Source: Dehalococcoidia bacterium (GTDB lineage: Bacteria > Chloroflexota > Dehalococcoidia > GIF9 > AB-539-J10). Taken from it: DNA of 64,000 nt. The stretch is taken from NCBI GenBank assembly GCA_030612025.1, contig JAUWOR010000008.1, positions 29,849-93,848 of the forward strand, given 5' to 3'. How positions within the stretch are numbered: position 1 is the first letter of the stretch; every line of letters begins with the position of its first letter. Position numbers and translations under genes: made by a program. Below, piece by piece: positions 20,601 to 27,787 of the stretch. The notes under the pieces were generated by a model. That model worked only from the letters and a program-made list of their open reading frames with translations, ran no database searches and had not been told where the DNA came from.

Positions 20601-20729
20601 GTCTCTGTACGTATCTGCGTTTGCCTCCACCGTTCCTGCCATTGGCACTGCTATTATTCCCAAAGACAACACTAGTGCCAGGGCAACCAGCAAATAAACT
20701 GGCTTGGCATACCATTTTGTTTTACTCAT
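17658..20729 (-). CDS. large secreted right-handed beta-helix (NosD/CASH-like) surface protein with Ca-binding DxDxDG repeats and C-terminal anchor
   Basis: signal peptide; repeated GI.L..S..N.I..N motifs; DTDGDG repeats; PVGG..PVNK-TM-RRRR tail. Confidence 0.85.
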   Translation of the reverse strand: MSKTKWYAKPVYLLVALALVLSLGIIAVPMAGTVEANADTYRDTVIWDPNGRWGEFTDLPAAFNGLVSKLNAAATMTVTGGGDALKIAVEGALTRDGDDWAIIEIQDEAVYDGNIHINNIEKLIVRAKSGNTPIIDCSANPTPASSADRGFWLEGTSNNIGFVGLTMKNNPMDYYAWGMITNHQQGQSGPDYYHPNVHTILVQSCSFINDANQGGVGVNFRKMSGGNIVVRGCKFERCGDNEASAGNDLAALHIHECSNVYIQNNHIWFTGDSSGFWHPKPKGIGIFHTLSGSVGFIEYCLVENAKSSYKGLGMRFGSCDGTWTVSNCVVHDSYGAFEADWVCPGEIVFENCVANVFQSYGFNNWAATRTVRDCIVANGGEAFCIDAPNVTYTDTWNNIDDGWDTLALAANGCINQDPLWTNAAGLDYTLQGGSPCKNAGSDGGDIGIRFLPLADEVWVDDDWASLSPGDPADGHTFGYDAFATIQDGIDNVSGSTVHVAEGTYNAALGETFPITVDKANLTIQSNGTAANTFIDGGGPGPNPVVKITADNVTFDGFTVQNAARGIWLDGASGCTISNNIGSNLQFGDGIYLENSANNNTISGNDFSNNAVDYGIQVYESNGNEIVGNTFNSITGWRNTGIFMQYADNNLIHDNTTNSNKKGIWMDIGCDGNKVYENEVSHNTGGGVRYGIYLFNAHDNEIYDNNAISDNTVGIMLENSPDNEIYGNLITGNSEKGIYLFWGCGPHTSGNEIYNNDITSNTDIGIKLAGTNCHDNPINCNNISGNTNFGVNDTTGNVVDATYNWWGNAGGPDDPDENPGGPGDKTSADVTVTPWLTAPSDDPDGDGLPTCVEEGGPGDCCPDTTTDPNDGDTDDDGLLDGPASSEDMNANGCVDAGETDPNNPDTDGDGVQDGTEKGLTAPQGVDTDPAVFIPDADPTTTTDPLNPDTDGDGFSDGQEDLNGNGRVDPGETDPNDSKSYPVAPPVGGEAYPVNKPAILAPWIVIGMAIIAGSFIVIRRRRAEG

Positions 20730-20752
20730 TTTTTCCTCCTTTCGTTATTTTT

Positions 20753-20809
20753 GAGATTGCCACGCTGTTTGCCACGCCTTCGGCTGACAACTTCGGCTCG
20801 CAATGACAG
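20753..20809. repeat. REP-like element (GAGATTGC...CTCGCAATGACA)
   Basis: 49/57 identical to 44357-44413. Confidence 0.8.
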
Positions 20810-20862
20810 CCCTGGGGAATGCCCAAGGGCACCGGCATGGGTAATTATTATGTTAAGCTGTT

Positions 20863-21279
20863 TCATGGATTGTCACCCTCACCTTTAGCCTCTCCCATCA
20901 AGGGAGAGGGAATGCGAGTTTTGGTGCGCCGAAGCAAGGAACGAACCCAGGCTAAAAGCAAGATTAAATTAAAGGGGTGAGTCATATAAACATCTGCTCC
21001 GGATTCCAGAAAATGAATTCCTGCCCTTTCTTCCTTATCTTTGCCAAGGATAATGATGGGAGCTTTGCATATCTCCCGAATCTGCTTACATGGCTTATCT
21101 CCATTCATTTCAGCGAGAGCCTCAGCCATGATTATCACATCAGGCTCTTTCCTCCGTATTTCAGCCAAAGCTTGCTGACCATCATCAGCAGTTACCACTT
21201 GAAACCCTGAGTGCTGTAAGACGAAAGTTAATCTATCCGCTGCCTGTAGGTGGGGATGAATTAGTAAAATCCTGTCCAT
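20863..21279 (-). CDS. atypical stand-alone response regulator receiver
   Basis: receiver fold (RILLI, GFQV..A.DG..AL, EPDVII, GADVY) lacking the acidic pocket Asp pair, phospho-Asp and Lys. Confidence 0.75.
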   Translation of the reverse strand: MDRILLIHPHLQAADRLTFVLQHSGFQVVTADDGQQALAEIRRKEPDVIIMAEALAEMNGDKPCKQIREICKAPIIILGKDKEERAGIHFLESGADVYMTHPFNLILLLAWVRSLLRRTKTRIPSPLMGEAKGEGDNP

Positions 21280-21480
21280 CGGCTCCTTCAGCTAATATCC
21301 TGATAGGGGCTTGCCACCTTTAGTTATCATATATCGTAGCATCAAGTTTTGTCAAGATGCTTCTAATAACTTCTTTTTATTTCTAGTTGTGCCTAATTTT
21401 GGCCAGCTTGATATTCTTGGGTCAAATACAGTAAATTTCGGGTTTTTAATCAGGCAGGATTGAAAGTAAAGGATAAGTCT

Positions 21481-21672
21481 ATGGTAAAGGAAGATGAACT
21501 AAACCGAGGTGTAGAGAGGATATTCCTGACGTTTCGGGAAGCGCAGAGCTTTTTAGGGATAAGCCATCAAACGATGTATAAGCTTATGAAGGAGGGGCTG
21601 CCGTCTCATAAGATAGCCAGGAACCGGGTGTTCTTTAGGGAAGACCTTATTAAATGGATAAGAGACCACTGA
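21481..21672 (+). CDS. excisionase-like HTH_17 DNA-binding protein
   Basis: FLTFREAQSFLGISHQTMYKL...GLPSHKI....F...DL.KWI. Confidence 0.85.
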   Translation: MVKEDELNRGVERIFLTFREAQSFLGISHQTMYKLMKEGLPSHKIARNRVFFREDLIKWIRDH

Positions 21673-21784
21673 TTGGTGAAGGATTAAGGCAAGGGTTACT
21701 TTGAATCTATGCTAGAGTGCGTGAGATTTGACAAGATACTGAAGCTAGATGCTAACAAAATATTAGCAAAGGGTCTTAACCACG

Positions 21785-21860
21785 TGGTGAGCCGCCAGGG
21801 ACTCGAACCCTGAACCGGCTGATTAAGAGTCAGCTGCTCTTCCAATTGAGCTAGCGGCCC
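21785..21860 (-). tRNA. tRNA-Lys(CTT)
   Basis: GGGCCGC...CT-CTT-AA...GGTTCGAGTCC...GCGGCTCACCA. Confidence 0.95.
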
Positions 21861-21918
21861 ACAAGTAAATAGATATTATCACTGAAAAAGGATAGAAGAC
21901 AAGGCCAAGAATAAACAA

Positions 21919-21955
21919 ACCTCCTCCTGCCTTTGAGACAGGAGGAGGTAAAAAG
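21919..21955. terminator. rho-independent terminator
   Basis: ACCTCCTCCTG-loop-CAGGAGGAGGT flanked by A/T tracts. Confidence 0.7.
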
Positions 21956-21971
21956 CTAATCTCGCGGCGAG

Positions 21972-22724
21972 TTAAATTATGGCATAGGCTATCTGAATGG
22001 TGAGAGTGATTTTCAGCTCTCCAGGGATTATAGGAGTCTCCGGGGCAGGAGCTGCACTAACTTCTTCCAAAGCCCTGGTAAGTTCTGGCCGATATACGGC
22101 ACCCTCGGAAATATAAGTGGGCTTACCCAGCTTAACATCGGCTAAATCAGCTAATTGTAATGCTTTGTCTTTAGCATCCTTCACCGCTTTAGCTCGCGCC
22201 TCTTCATAGTATGGAGTTGGGTCATCCACACTAAAGCTTATCCCCTGAATCTGAGTAAGGTCACCGCCAGCTTCGGCTACAGCATCAATAATATCCCCAA
22301 CTTTGTCCATCTCTCTTATCTTGGCAACCACTATATTGGTCACTCGGTAGCCAATGATTTCCTCCTCATCTTTCTCTCTAATCCATCTTGTCACGGGATA
22401 GATGCTGAATCGCTGCGTCTGGATATCCTTCTCAGCCACGCCATTATCTTTCAATGCTACCACCACTTCATCCATGGCTTCGCTTGCCTGTGTTTGAGCC
22501 TCGGCTACTGTATCCGCACGAGCCTCAACTCCAAGGCGCAACTCAGCTATATCGGGAACTGCCATTGCTTCTCCCTGACCAGTAACCCATATTCCAGTAC
22601 TTTGCTGCTGCGCTACAGGAACAACATCTGGACTACCTTCCCACCCCGGTATACTAGCGCAGCCAGCGGCACCTAATGCCAGCACCGCTATCAAACAAGG
22701 AATTAACCACCTAGCCTTTTTCAT
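21972..22724 (-). CDS. SIMPL/DUF541 domain lipoprotein
   Basis: lipobox AAGC; GIWVTGQGE..AVPD.A, DIQT..FSIYP, AR..AV.DA..KA..LA. Confidence 0.9.
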   Translation of the reverse strand: MKKARWLIPCLIAVLALGAAGCASIPGWEGSPDVVPVAQQQSTGIWVTGQGEAMAVPDIAELRLGVEARADTVAEAQTQASEAMDEVVVALKDNGVAEKDIQTQRFSIYPVTRWIREKDEEEIIGYRVTNIVVAKIREMDKVGDIIDAVAEAGGDLTQIQGISFSVDDPTPYYEEARAKAVKDAKDKALQLADLADVKLGKPTYISEGAVYRPELTRALEEVSAAPAPETPIIPGELKITLTIQIAYAII

Positions 22725-22808
22725 GCAAACCTCCTCTCGTAAAAGTATCTTTTCACTTGGTATAACGACTAAACTGACTTTTGGTTTATGATAGAATAGC
22801 TTTCGTTA

Positions 22809-23402
22809 ATGAAAATTCTTCGCGAAATCGGCATAACCATTCTCATAGCTGCTGCCATCTTCGTTACCATTAAAGCCACCGTGCAAGGCTATAGGGTGCA
22901 ATATTCCTGTATGCTACCAAATATTGAAGATGGTGAGTGGATTATGGTGAATAAAGCAAGTTATTTCTTCTCGAATCCTGAACGAGGAGAGATTATTGTC
23001 TTTTGGCCGCCTGAGGATGTTAACTCACAATACCCGTTCATCAAGCGAGTTATTGTCCTGCCCGGCGATACCATGGAAATTAAGGATGGCACGGTCTTCA
23101 TCAATGGTATTCCCATAAATGAACCTTATATCTTTCCAGAACCATCACGACGCTATAAGGACTTTGGCCCGGAAAAAATGCTTGTTGACCAATATTTTGT
23201 TCTGGGAGACAATCGTAACAATAGCAATGATTCCCGTTCCTGGGGGACAGTCTCCCGAGATGACATTATCGGCAGGGCCTGGTTTGTGTACTGGCCACCG
23301 AGCAAATGGGGACTGGTAAAACATTACGGCTACCCGGAGTTAACTGAAGCAGGTGCGCTGGGAGCAGCAATCTGCAATTCAGTGGGAGGTGCACTTGAGT
23401 GA
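22809..23402 (+). CDS. lepB: signal peptidase I
   Basis: S.M.P, IKRVI..PGD, YFVLGDNRNNSNDSR. Confidence 0.92.
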   Translation: MKILREIGITILIAAAIFVTIKATVQGYRVQYSCMLPNIEDGEWIMVNKASYFFSNPERGEIIVFWPPEDVNSQYPFIKRVIVLPGDTMEIKDGTVFINGIPINEPYIFPEPSRRYKDFGPEKMLVDQYFVLGDNRNNSNDSRSWGTVSRDDIIGRAWFVYWPPSKWGLVKHYGYPELTEAGALGAAICNSVGGALE

Positions 23403-23961
23403 CGAGGTGCTGAAGATATTCAAAATGGCCGGGGCGATAAAGGAGGGTCATTTCCTCCTTGCCTCTGGATTGCATTCACCCATGTATTGGGAGAAGTTTC
23501 GAATCTTGCAATATCCGCACTATACTGAGAAGCTGTGCCATCTTATGGCGCAACATTTCAAAGACCAAAGAGTAGAACTGGTTGCCGGACCAACCACCGG
23601 AGGCATTATCATTGCTTTCGAAACTGCTCGGCAACTAGGAGTACGGAGCATTTTTGCCGAAAAAGAAGGAGACACAAGGGTCTTTCGCCGTGACTTTACT
23701 ATCACCCTCGGTGAGAGAGTCCTTATTGTGGACGACATCCTGACCACAGGTGGCTCGATTAAGGAGACAATAAGCGCTGTTAGAAAACTTGGTGGCATCG
23801 TCATTGGTATCGGAGTGCTTGTCGACCGGAGCACAGAAAAGGTAGACTTTGGTGTGCCCCTTTTTAGCTGCCTCCGCTCTCCTACCACAGTTTATCCCGC
23901 TGAAGAATGCCCTCTCTGTGCTGCTAATATCCCTTTAATTAAGCCGGGCGCCCTAAAATAG
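23395..23961 (+). CDS. pyrE: orotate phosphoribosyltransferase
   Basis: GHFLLASGLHS, VLIVDDILTTGGS PRPP motif; TTG start after GGAGG. Confidence 0.93.
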   Translation: MSDEVLKIFKMAGAIKEGHFLLASGLHSPMYWEKFRILQYPHYTEKLCHLMAQHFKDQRVELVAGPTTGGIIIAFETARQLGVRSIFAEKEGDTRVFRRDFTITLGERVLIVDDILTTGGSIKETISAVRKLGGIVIGIGVLVDRSTEKVDFGVPLFSCLRSPTTVYPAEECPLCAANIPLIKPGALK

Positions 23962-23983
23962 TGGATTGTTTGGCATTTCTCCC

Positions 23984-24133
23984 TGTCATTGCGAGCCCTT
24001 CGCTTTGTGTCATTCTGAGGGAGCAGAACGACCGAGGAATCTCGCTCAGGATAAACTCCGCGAAGAATCTCATAGCGCTCAGGACAGGCTCCGCGAAGAA
24101 TCTAGAGACCCCCTCCCCTTATTCAGGGTGACA
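23984..24133. repeat. composite/nested REP-like cluster
   Basis: TGTCATTGCGAG, TGTCATTCTGAG, repeated GCTCAGGA..CTCCGCGAAGAATCT, closing CAGGGTGACA. Confidence 0.75.
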
Positions 24134-24196
24134 GTAAAAACCTACAAACCTAGCTTGCTTGACAGCGAAGGGAGGAAAACCTAGAATATCCGTACA

Positions 24197-24269
<73 letters not shown>

Positions 24270-24278
24270 CTTTGAAAT

Positions 24279-24353
24279 GCGGAAGTAGTTCAGCGGTAGA
24301 ATGCTTCCTTGCCAAGGAAGAGGTCGCGAGTTCGAATCTCGTCTTCCGCTCCA
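24279..24353 (+). tRNA. tRNA-Gly(GCC)
   Basis: cloverleaf, TT-GCC-AA loop, encoded CCA. Confidence 0.95.
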
Positions 24354-24372
24354 TCTGAAAGGGGGTAAACGC

Positions 24373-24457
24373 GCCGAAGTGGCGGAATGGTAGACGCGGC
24401 AGTCTCAAAAACTGTTGGGAGGCAACTCCCGTGTCGGTTCGAATCCGACCTTCGGCA
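24373..24457 (+). tRNA. tRNA-Leu(CAA)
   Basis: cloverleaf, CT-CAA-AA loop, long variable arm. Confidence 0.95.
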
Positions 24458-24465
24458 GTAAGCAA

Positions 24466-24536
24466 TGCCGGGTTGTGTAGCGGTAGCACGAAGGACTTTG
24501 GATCCTTTAGCCCTGGTTCGAATCCAGGCCCGGCAG
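24466..24536 (+). tRNA. tRNA-Gln(TTG)
   Basis: cloverleaf, CT-TTG-GA loop. Confidence 0.93.
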
Positions 24537-24567
24537 CTCTTTTGGCCTGTTAGAAAAGGAGGTGGAA

Positions 24568-24762
24568 ATGGAAATAAGCTTGGCCCGGCGGAAGTTGCCA
24601 CCGGTTCCTGGGCTTCCCAAAGTGGAATTGCCTGAAGTGGTGGTCAGACTACCTGGGAAGATAGAGGCAAAATGGGAGGAGTTGGAATTGGTATCAATAG
24701 AATTTTGCCCCGCCGCCCCTAAGGGCACTAAGTTTATCTTTAAGGAAAAACGAACCCAATAG
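24568..24762 (+). CDS. small hypothetical protein inside tRNA operon
   Basis: AAAGGAGGTG SD, ATG, 64 aa filling the Gln-Asn spacer. Confidence 0.6.
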   Translation: MEISLARRKLPPVPGLPKVELPEVVVRLPGKIEAKWEELELVSIEFCPAAPKGTKFIFKEKRTQ

Positions 24763-24768
24763 CTTTGT

Positions 24769-24843
24769 TCCCTGGTAGCTCAATGGTAGAGCAGGCGGCT
24801 GTTAACTGCAAGGTTGTAGGTTCGAATCCTACCCGGGGAGCCA
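24769..24843 (+). tRNA. tRNA-Asn(GTT)
   Basis: cloverleaf, CT-GTT-AA loop, CCA. Confidence 0.95.
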
Positions 24844-24855
24844 CCTTCGAATTAA

Positions 24856-26001
24856 CTAGTAGGAATCTCTATAAATCTGGGCTACGGCAGGAGCATCAAG
24901 CAAATTAGGGTGTTTACTAAGCCAAGGAGCTGTCCTCACGGCACAATCTGCCATTTCTTCGATACGCTGAGGTTCGATGCCCAAAGCTCGCAAACTGAGT
25001 TTCATCCCCACCTTATCCAACCACCCTTCGACTGCAGCTATCCCATCTGTCTCAGCAAAAACATTTCTGCCCAAGGAATTAAACCTATCTTGCCGTACAG
25101 GAAAAGTATACCTCATCCAAGCAGGAAGCAGTGCCGCCAGTCCATCACCATGGGCAATATCATAGTACCCACTTAGAGAAAGCTCAATACCATGAAGAGT
25201 CAGATAGCCGGCACCACTTCCCAGATGTCTAACCGGTGAACAGGCAATGGTACTGGCCCAAGAAAGCTTGGTACGAAACTCAATATCGTCCAGCTTGCTC
25301 AGTGCTCTAGGTAAAGTCTCCACCACCAGCTTCATCACCGTTTCCAAAATTCCATCGGTCAGAGGAGATGCTCTCTCTGTTGTAATATAGCATTCGCCTA
25401 CATGGCAAAAAATATCCACTCCTCCCTGCGCTGTTGGCTTCTGAGGAAGGGTAAGCGTCAGTTCAGGGTCTACAATGGAAACCTTGGAAAAGAAAGCCGG
25501 ACTAAATAACACCCGCTTCTCATGAGTTTCCCAGTTAGTAATCACGGCAGCATTATTGGCTTCAGAGCCGCTGGCAGCCACAGTCGGTACCAGCACAAGA
25601 GGTAATAAAGGTTCCACTACTTCAATATCCTCAGCTCCAATATAATAATCCCAAATTGGTTTACCGCCACTGCTAGCTAATGCCATGCACTTGGCTGTGT
25701 CCATAGCGCTGCCGCCGCCAAGACCAATGATTAAGTCCACCCCCTTTTGGCGAACCAATCTAGCCCCCTCATCCACAGTAGAGGCACGAGGGTTAGACAC
25801 TACTTTATCAAAAATGCAGACCTCCAGACCGTTGTTCTCCAAGTCTCGGGTTACCTTATCTAGTAACCCTGTTTGTCGCGCACTGTGGGAACCAGTTACC
25901 AGCACAACCCGCCTGCCCAATCTTCTCACCTCTGCTCCCAACCTCGTCACACATCCTGAGCCAAAGATAATCTTAGTGGGTAGATATAAAGTGGTTACCA
26001 T
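24856..26001 (-). CDS. iron-containing alcohol dehydrogenase (butanol DH-like)
   Basis: LGGGSAMDTAK, PTVAASGSE, DIFCH, H..E..LS, IAHG.GLA. Confidence 0.93.
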   Translation of the reverse strand: MVTTLYLPTKIIFGSGCVTRLGAEVRRLGRRVVLVTGSHSARQTGLLDKVTRDLENNGLEVCIFDKVVSNPRASTVDEGARLVRQKGVDLIIGLGGGSAMDTAKCMALASSGGKPIWDYYIGAEDIEVVEPLLPLVLVPTVAASGSEANNAAVITNWETHEKRVLFSPAFFSKVSIVDPELTLTLPQKPTAQGGVDIFCHVGECYITTERASPLTDGILETVMKLVVETLPRALSKLDDIEFRTKLSWASTIACSPVRHLGSGAGYLTLHGIELSLSGYYDIAHGDGLAALLPAWMRYTFPVRQDRFNSLGRNVFAETDGIAAVEGWLDKVGMKLSLRALGIEPQRIEEMADCAVRTAPWLSKHPNLLDAPAVAQIYRDSY

Positions 26002-26236
26002 AAGACGCCTCCTGAGAAAGTATCAGCTACATAAATAATACTTCAAAAGAGAATTATATCATGTTACCTACACCATCAAGTTTGCGAACGAAATAAGTGG
26101 TGGAACCAAATACAGTGAAGTAGCATCTGCTCCACCCAGTGGAGGTAACCATTACAGTACATGTTCAGCCCTCAGTTGCGCCGCTTGTAGAAGATAGTTT
26201 CCGCTTAGCCGCTGAAACTAGGGGCTGCCACAATGA

Positions 26237-27073
26237 CTAGCGCAACAAGAATAGACTGATAGCCATCACCAGCATGCCAGTTCCCAGCCCTAGGAGCACA
26301 AGATGCTCCTTGCCATATCGGTGAGCCAAGGGGAGTATTTCATCTAAACTTATGAACACCATTATGCCAGCTACGAAGGCCAGCATGCTTGATAGGAGTG
26401 TTGGGGTCAAGAAGGAGTATAGAATCCCATAGCCGACGAGAGCCCCCACAGGCTCAGCTACACCTGACAAGAATGAGTATGTGAAAGCTTTGCGACGACT
26501 GCCCGTAGCATAGAAGATAGGCACCGCTACTGCAATACCCTCAGGAACGTTGTGAATGGCAATAGCCACAGCTATCGTTATTCCAAGGGCAACATCTCCA
26601 GTAGCTGCAGCGCAGAAGGTAGCCAGCCCTTCTGGAAAGTTATGAATAGCAATACCAAGTGCAATAAGAACGCCAGACCTCATAAGGGATGACTTTGATG
26701 GAGTTGTAAGTTGTGGAGGCAAACCCGAGATCTCCCGCTGCCCTAGTTCATCGATATTTTGAGGAGCTTTTTCTACACGCTCCTCTTTATACTCATGGGG
26801 GACAAATGTATCTATTAGCGCAATGAAGCCGATGCCAAGGAAAAATGCTATGTTGGCTCTGGCAAAACCAACATCCGCGATAGCTGTCCCCAGGAGTTCG
26901 GTAAAGGAAATATATATCATCACACCGGCGGAGAACCCTAGCGCCACAGCCAAGTAGGAGTATTTAGGCGTCCGTATGAAGAAGGCAATGGTGCTACCTA
27001 TCCCGGTGGATAAGCCAGCCAGGGTAGTGAGCAGTATGGCAAATGATAGATTAATTTCCATGACATGACTCAA
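26237..27073 (-). CDS. zupT: ZIP family zinc transporter
   Basis: GFSAGVMIY.SF.EL, IAIHNFPEG, IHNVPEG, SG.AEP.GA. Confidence 0.92.
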   Translation of the reverse strand: MSHVMEINLSFAILLTTLAGLSTGIGSTIAFFIRTPKYSYLAVALGFSAGVMIYISFTELLGTAIADVGFARANIAFFLGIGFIALIDTFVPHEYKEERVEKAPQNIDELGQREISGLPPQLTTPSKSSLMRSGVLIALGIAIHNFPEGLATFCAAATGDVALGITIAVAIAIHNVPEGIAVAVPIFYATGSRRKAFTYSFLSGVAEPVGALVGYGILYSFLTPTLLSSMLAFVAGIMVFISLDEILPLAHRYGKEHLVLLGLGTGMLVMAISLFLLR

Positions 27074-27088
27074 TCAACCGCATCCTAT

Positions 27089-27655
27089 TTAAACCACTTT
27101 GGTATTTGCTAATTTTGCTATTTTCCTAAAGTTAAGCAGGTGACCCTTTTGCTCTTTCAAAGAGAATAAACCTGTTGCTTCCATAATCTCTAGAATTCTA
27201 TCTCTCTTCATACGAAAGCAAAAACGTGTAGAAAGGTATCCATTTGGTTTCAAAACTCTATACAATTCTTTTAGTAAAGGCTCCTTACTCTCAATTTCAG
27301 GCAGCACTCCATATAGCAAAATGATGTCTACACTTTCACCAGGTAATCCAGTATTCCCATCAGATAATATCGTATCTATATTACGAACCCCCCCCATTTG
27401 AACTCTTTCTTCCACCTTTTTTATAGCTGATGGTTGCCTATCCAAAGCATAAACTTTTCCTTTCTTACCTACCAAACTGGCGACAGGGAGAGTGTAAGAC
27501 CCAATGCCACACCCGTAATCCAATATTTTCTGCCCCACTTCAATATTTAGTCTGTTTAGTTCTTCTTCTGGTTTGAAGGGAATACCAAATTTATCTCTTA
27601 ACCCTAAAAGGAAATACTCTATTCTAGATTTGATATCAAGATTTCTCATATACAT
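27089..27655 (-). CDS. class I SAM-dependent methyltransferase
   Basis: ILDYGCGIG, VYALD, LKELYRVLKPNG. Confidence 0.9.
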   Translation of the reverse strand: MYMRNLDIKSRIEYFLLGLRDKFGIPFKPEEELNRLNIEVGQKILDYGCGIGSYTLPVASLVGKKGKVYALDRQPSAIKKVEERVQMGGVRNIDTILSDGNTGLPGESVDIILLYGVLPEIESKEPLLKELYRVLKPNGYLSTRFCFRMKRDRILEIMEATGLFSLKEQKGHLLNFRKIAKLANTKVV

Positions 27656-27787
27656 GTTAAACAGAGTCGTGATGCTATGCTGACAATTCCCCTCCCGATT
27701 AAAGCACCGGCGATATAGGTGTTAATTCTATATCCATAATATGGCTTCCCCAGGTTCTCTTTCATGTGTATTACAACCCCTTTCCCT

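Larger units (their letters stand above)
16922..21831. mobile_element. genomic island integrated in tRNA-Lys(CTT), no integrase
   Basis: 45-bp direct repeat of the tRNA 3' half at 16922-16966 and 21787-21831 (1 mismatch); excisionase-like genes inside. Confidence 0.85.
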
